NCBI RefSeq assembly: GCF_009914755.1
Contig: NC_060930.1
Reading direction: 5' to 3' (one strand)
Length of the DNA: 64,000 bases
Origin: the human T2T-CHM13v2.0 reference genome, Homo sapiens
Shown here: positions 53,730-64,000 of the stretch, in pieces
Numbering within the stretch: the first letter of the stretch is position 1
How the letters are laid out: each line of letters opens with the position of its first letter
Program-made: the position numbers and the translations under genes
Notes under the pieces: generated by a model
Seen by the model: only the letters and a program-made list of their open reading frames with translations
Told to the model about the DNA's origin: nothing
The model's database searches: none

Positions 53730-54050
53730 CTCATTCACTGACTGTTCTATTTATTCAACTAACTTTTACCAAACACTTCCTACATGCCATGAATTGGACC
53801 ATGGACCATAGACACAAAAATGAAGAAGTTGGGACATTTACCATCTTGGAACAAATATTCTAGCTGGAGAGACCAACATGTTAGCACAGGATGTTGTCAT
53901 TGTGCAAGTATAATGCTTGGAAAGGTTATTTCTACCTGGAGTGGCTGAGGAAGCCTACAAAGAGAAACATCCTTGAAGAATGCGACAGACTGACTCAGAC
54001 CCAGAAGGCAAAGGAATCATGTAAAGAGGCAGAAGTAGAAAAAAGCAAGG
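53730..54050 (-). mobile_element. L2 3' fragment
   Basis: tatttattcaac...caaacacttcctacatgcca...tctagctggagagac. Confidence 0.55.
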
Positions 54051-54225
54051 ACCCCTGAAAGAAGTGACCCACATTAAGTTACTATTAGCTTTGTGTGAAA
54101 TACAGTAAGTAGTTTGATAGGTCGGATCTGGAAAACAACAGAGTACTAAAGACTTAAGAAGTAGAATATCTACACGTCAATAAATATGATATGTAGAAAC
54201 AGAAAACAGTAAGTGCTCTATTCTT

Positions 54226-54309
54226 TTCTTTTCTTTTTTTTTTTTGAGACAGGGTTTCCTTCCATCTCTCAGGCTGGTGTGCGGTGGTGTAATCACAGCT
54301 CACTGCAAA
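54226..54309 (-). mobile_element. Severely 5'-truncated Alu
   Basis: Alu 3' terminal piece with T tail; near-TSD agtgctctattctt / agtgctatattctt. Confidence 0.85.
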
Positions 54310-55698
54310 GTGCTATATTCTTATAGTCAGCTTCGATTAAGAGTATAATTGATGGCAGAGGCCACAGTTTCAACACACTTTGAAAGAATGAGGAAATCTT
54401 AACACAAGTACCTTGAGAATACAAAGCACAGAGTTGGTGGTTTATACATCTTATTACAAGGTTACAAAAGAAGGTGGAGAACATTAAGAAGTCAAACATC
54501 TCAGGGACACTTAAGGATATAAACACTAACCATTTTGACAAATTCTTATTCTGTATCTTGTCAAATTAAAAGGAGACTAATTTGTTTGCAAGAAGTTCTC
54601 CTGGGAGATTCATTCTTAAATTCTAAAAGACTTATTACTCTCTGTTCGGGAATGTGACCCTTAATCTTTAGGTTACATTTGCTTTGTATTCTTGTTATGG
54701 AAAATTGCATTTCCTCACTATTTTGTTTGTTTTCGGAAACTGTATTTGTCATAAGATGTTTATTGCAGGACATTAGTTTACTAGTCTAAATTATAATGTA
54801 CACACCAGCACTGTGGTAATTAACTCACTATTATGACCTCACTAATTTTATTCTGGAAAGTTCATCTGTATGTAAGTGACTTGACTTTACTTATGAGTCA
54901 GAAAGTATCAAGCATTTATCTTGGCTCTTGCCTTACAGGCTGGTTTGAGAAATAAAACTGGACAGTGATCAGATTCATTACTTTAAAAACAATGCAAAAA
55001 GTGTTTTCCACAACAAAATACATAAGTTTAGATGAGTAATGCTAATAAGAAATTTCACAAGCAACTCTGAATTACATGGCTTTCTTCCTGGGAGCTCCTT
55101 TTTGGACATCGTACAGCTTTGCTCATCTCCTGAGAGGTGCCTGGGCCATATCTGCATCAGGATTAGCGGTGAGGTATTGTTTCTGGGCATCTGTCCTCGC
55201 TCATCAGCAACTGCTAGACTAGAACAGAGAAAAGGGGCAGTTCTTAGCCTTGCTGGGCTGCACGCTCCATGGGGCTGGATCATATCCGCTGTGACCAGTG
55301 GATTCCCAACCTCTGTGGCAGCACCTGGTGCACCGAAGGCATGCAATGAATATCTGCTGAATGAACGAATCTGAACGAACTCATTCCAACCTTCACATCC
55401 TATGGCTTGTGTTGAGCTGTGGAATATATCTTGGTTTCTTTTTATTTTTTTTCAATGACACAAATAACCCCAGTCTACTATGTGGAAGAAAGCATTGTAT
55501 AATGGAATTAACCACCTCAGTGGGGGACGTGGAAACTTATACAATCATGAAATGTCAAAATTGTAACTAGTTATCACCCTCGTTTTACCAATAATGACAC
55601 AGAACCCCAGAGGGAACACACAGTTGCCTCTGACTCTCTTTTTCCTCACTCATTCATTGGACCCTGCTGTGAACCAGACAGTGGGCCAAATGCTGGGG

Positions 55699-55786
55699 CT
55701 GCCCAGAGGGACAGACCAAAGCTCCTCAATCTGCCCAGAGGGACAGATCAAAGCTCCTCAATCTGCCCAGAGGGACAGATCAAAGC
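55699..55786. repeat. 32-bp tandem repeat (2.75 copies)
   Basis: ctgcccagagggacagaYcaaagctcctcaat at 55699, 55731 and partial 55763. Confidence 0.95.
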
Positions 55787-55969
55787 CTCAGGAATCTCAC
55801 TGTGCAGGGAGTGCCGAGGTTCCCAGAACTGCTGCACAGACCAGCCAGGCAGGGGCTGCCAGAATCCCCTGAAAACCTTAATAAAAGTGGAGATTTTCCT
55901 TCAAGGAATGCCAAAGCCAGTGGGTGCATGTCATCAGGATTCCAGGAGACTTATATCATCTCAACATCT

Positions 55970-56775
55970 TTCTTCAAGATACTTATTAATTACAAAGCAA
56001 CTCATAAAATAGCTTTATGGTGGAGAAATCTGGCAGGAACCACCTTAACCAAATGATAAGAGATACCATTGCCAGTGATACAATGGATCAACAGCAGGAG
56101 CCTCCTGATTTGAGGCTCAGAGAAGGATGCACGTTCACTTCTGTTGTACAACTGCTCATAGTGCATGGCTTGAATCCAATCACAAGGAATCATCACACAA
56201 ACCCAAATTGAAGGACATTTTGCAAAATCAGTGACCTGTACTCTTCAAAAGTGCCAATGTCATGAAATTTAAGCAAAGTCTCAGGAACCGTTCCAGATTA
56301 GAAGAGGCTAACAAGACAGGGCAATGGAGTACACGATTTTGAATTTACTTTTCCGATAAAGGCATTGTTGGACCACTGGCAAAATCTAATAAGGTTTTAA
56401 AATTAAATAATAATATTGCATTGATGTTAATTTCCTGATTTTGATAATCACACTGTGCATTATAAGATAATCCCTTATTTTATGAAACAAGGGTATTTAA
56501 GAGTAAAGAGGCATCATATCCGTAACTTTCTCCAAAATGGCTCAGAGAAAAGCTTATACACAAATATAAATATATACATATAATATGCATAGATATTATA
56601 TATGTGCACATATGATAAATACATGAAGAGAGAAATAGTGCACGCACACAAGTGTAGTAAAATGTTAACATTTTGGTAATCTAGGTAAGGTTATTCATGA
56701 CTTTTTTGCATGATTATTGCATCTTTTCTGTAACTTTTAAATTATGTACAAACTTTAAACATTTAAAAATTTAAA
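55970..56775 (+). mobile_element. L1MC 3'UTR relic
   Basis: gatacttattaattacaaag...gagaaatctggcagg...caccttaaccaa...ttaatttcctgattttgataat. Confidence 0.85.
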
Positions 56776-56784
56776 TAGAGACAC

Positions 56785-63560
<6,776 letters not shown>

Positions 63561-63561
63561 G

Positions 63562-63640
63562 TACAGACTGAAAATTGCCTAAGGTCACACAGCAAGCCAG
63601 TGAGCAAGCAAAGACCAGAACATCTCTTCCCTTCCCATCC
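63562..63640 (-). mobile_element. MIR fragment
   Basis: aattgcctaaggtcacacagcaag. Confidence 0.6.
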
Positions 63641-64000
63641 AGGGTGGAGGAGGAAGAAGAGATGGAGGAGGAAAGAGAAAAATAATAAGGCAGAGAAGGC
63701 CCATGTGGGTCAAATCCACTCAATGTTAGTGCCAAAATTATACTTTCCATCTTGCACTAAGCCCAGAAAACCTGTTCCACTTTCTTGTGTTTGCTGCCTA
63801 GTCATCAATATTATCATAGACCCACTCACCAGGGCCAGAAACCTGGAAGAAACCAGAGCCTCCCACCTCTTAGTCAGTACCCCCCAAAAAATTAATCCAA
63901 ATCCTTCTGCCTTGAAAGCTCAAAATAGGCCTCCTCTCCCTACCTCAGGAAGAATTTTCCCTCAGAAAATTCTGAGAAAGAATCAAAAAGAAATGCTAGA

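Overview
Primate (human-like) non-coding genomic DNA, intergenic or deep intronic, dominated by interspersed repeats. I recognise no host protein-coding gene; ORF-track entries with recognisable content are decayed L1, THE1, Alu or low-complexity translations. Main elements: a 5'-truncated L1PA at the left edge, a complete THE1D LTR-internal-LTR provirus (11794-14321), ancient L1M/L2/MIR relics, about 15 Alu copies or fragments, MLT/LTR40/MER41 solo LTRs, MER DNA-transposon relics, a twin-primed L1MA and a full-length, TSD-flanked older L1PA (56847-63487). The best observations are small-scale: a tailless tRNA-Thr(TGT) 5'-half retrocopy, several locally templated insertion scars at 13-30 kb, a 32-bp tandem repeat multiplying a TCF/LEF motif, a MER41 LTR ending in an m67-type STAT site, and candidate promoter/exon signals of possible spliced non-coding or sORF transcripts. 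I see no convincing new multi-gene system. Repeat subfamily names come from remembered consensus motifs and need RepeatMasker/Dfam confirmation; boundaries of old elements are approximate.
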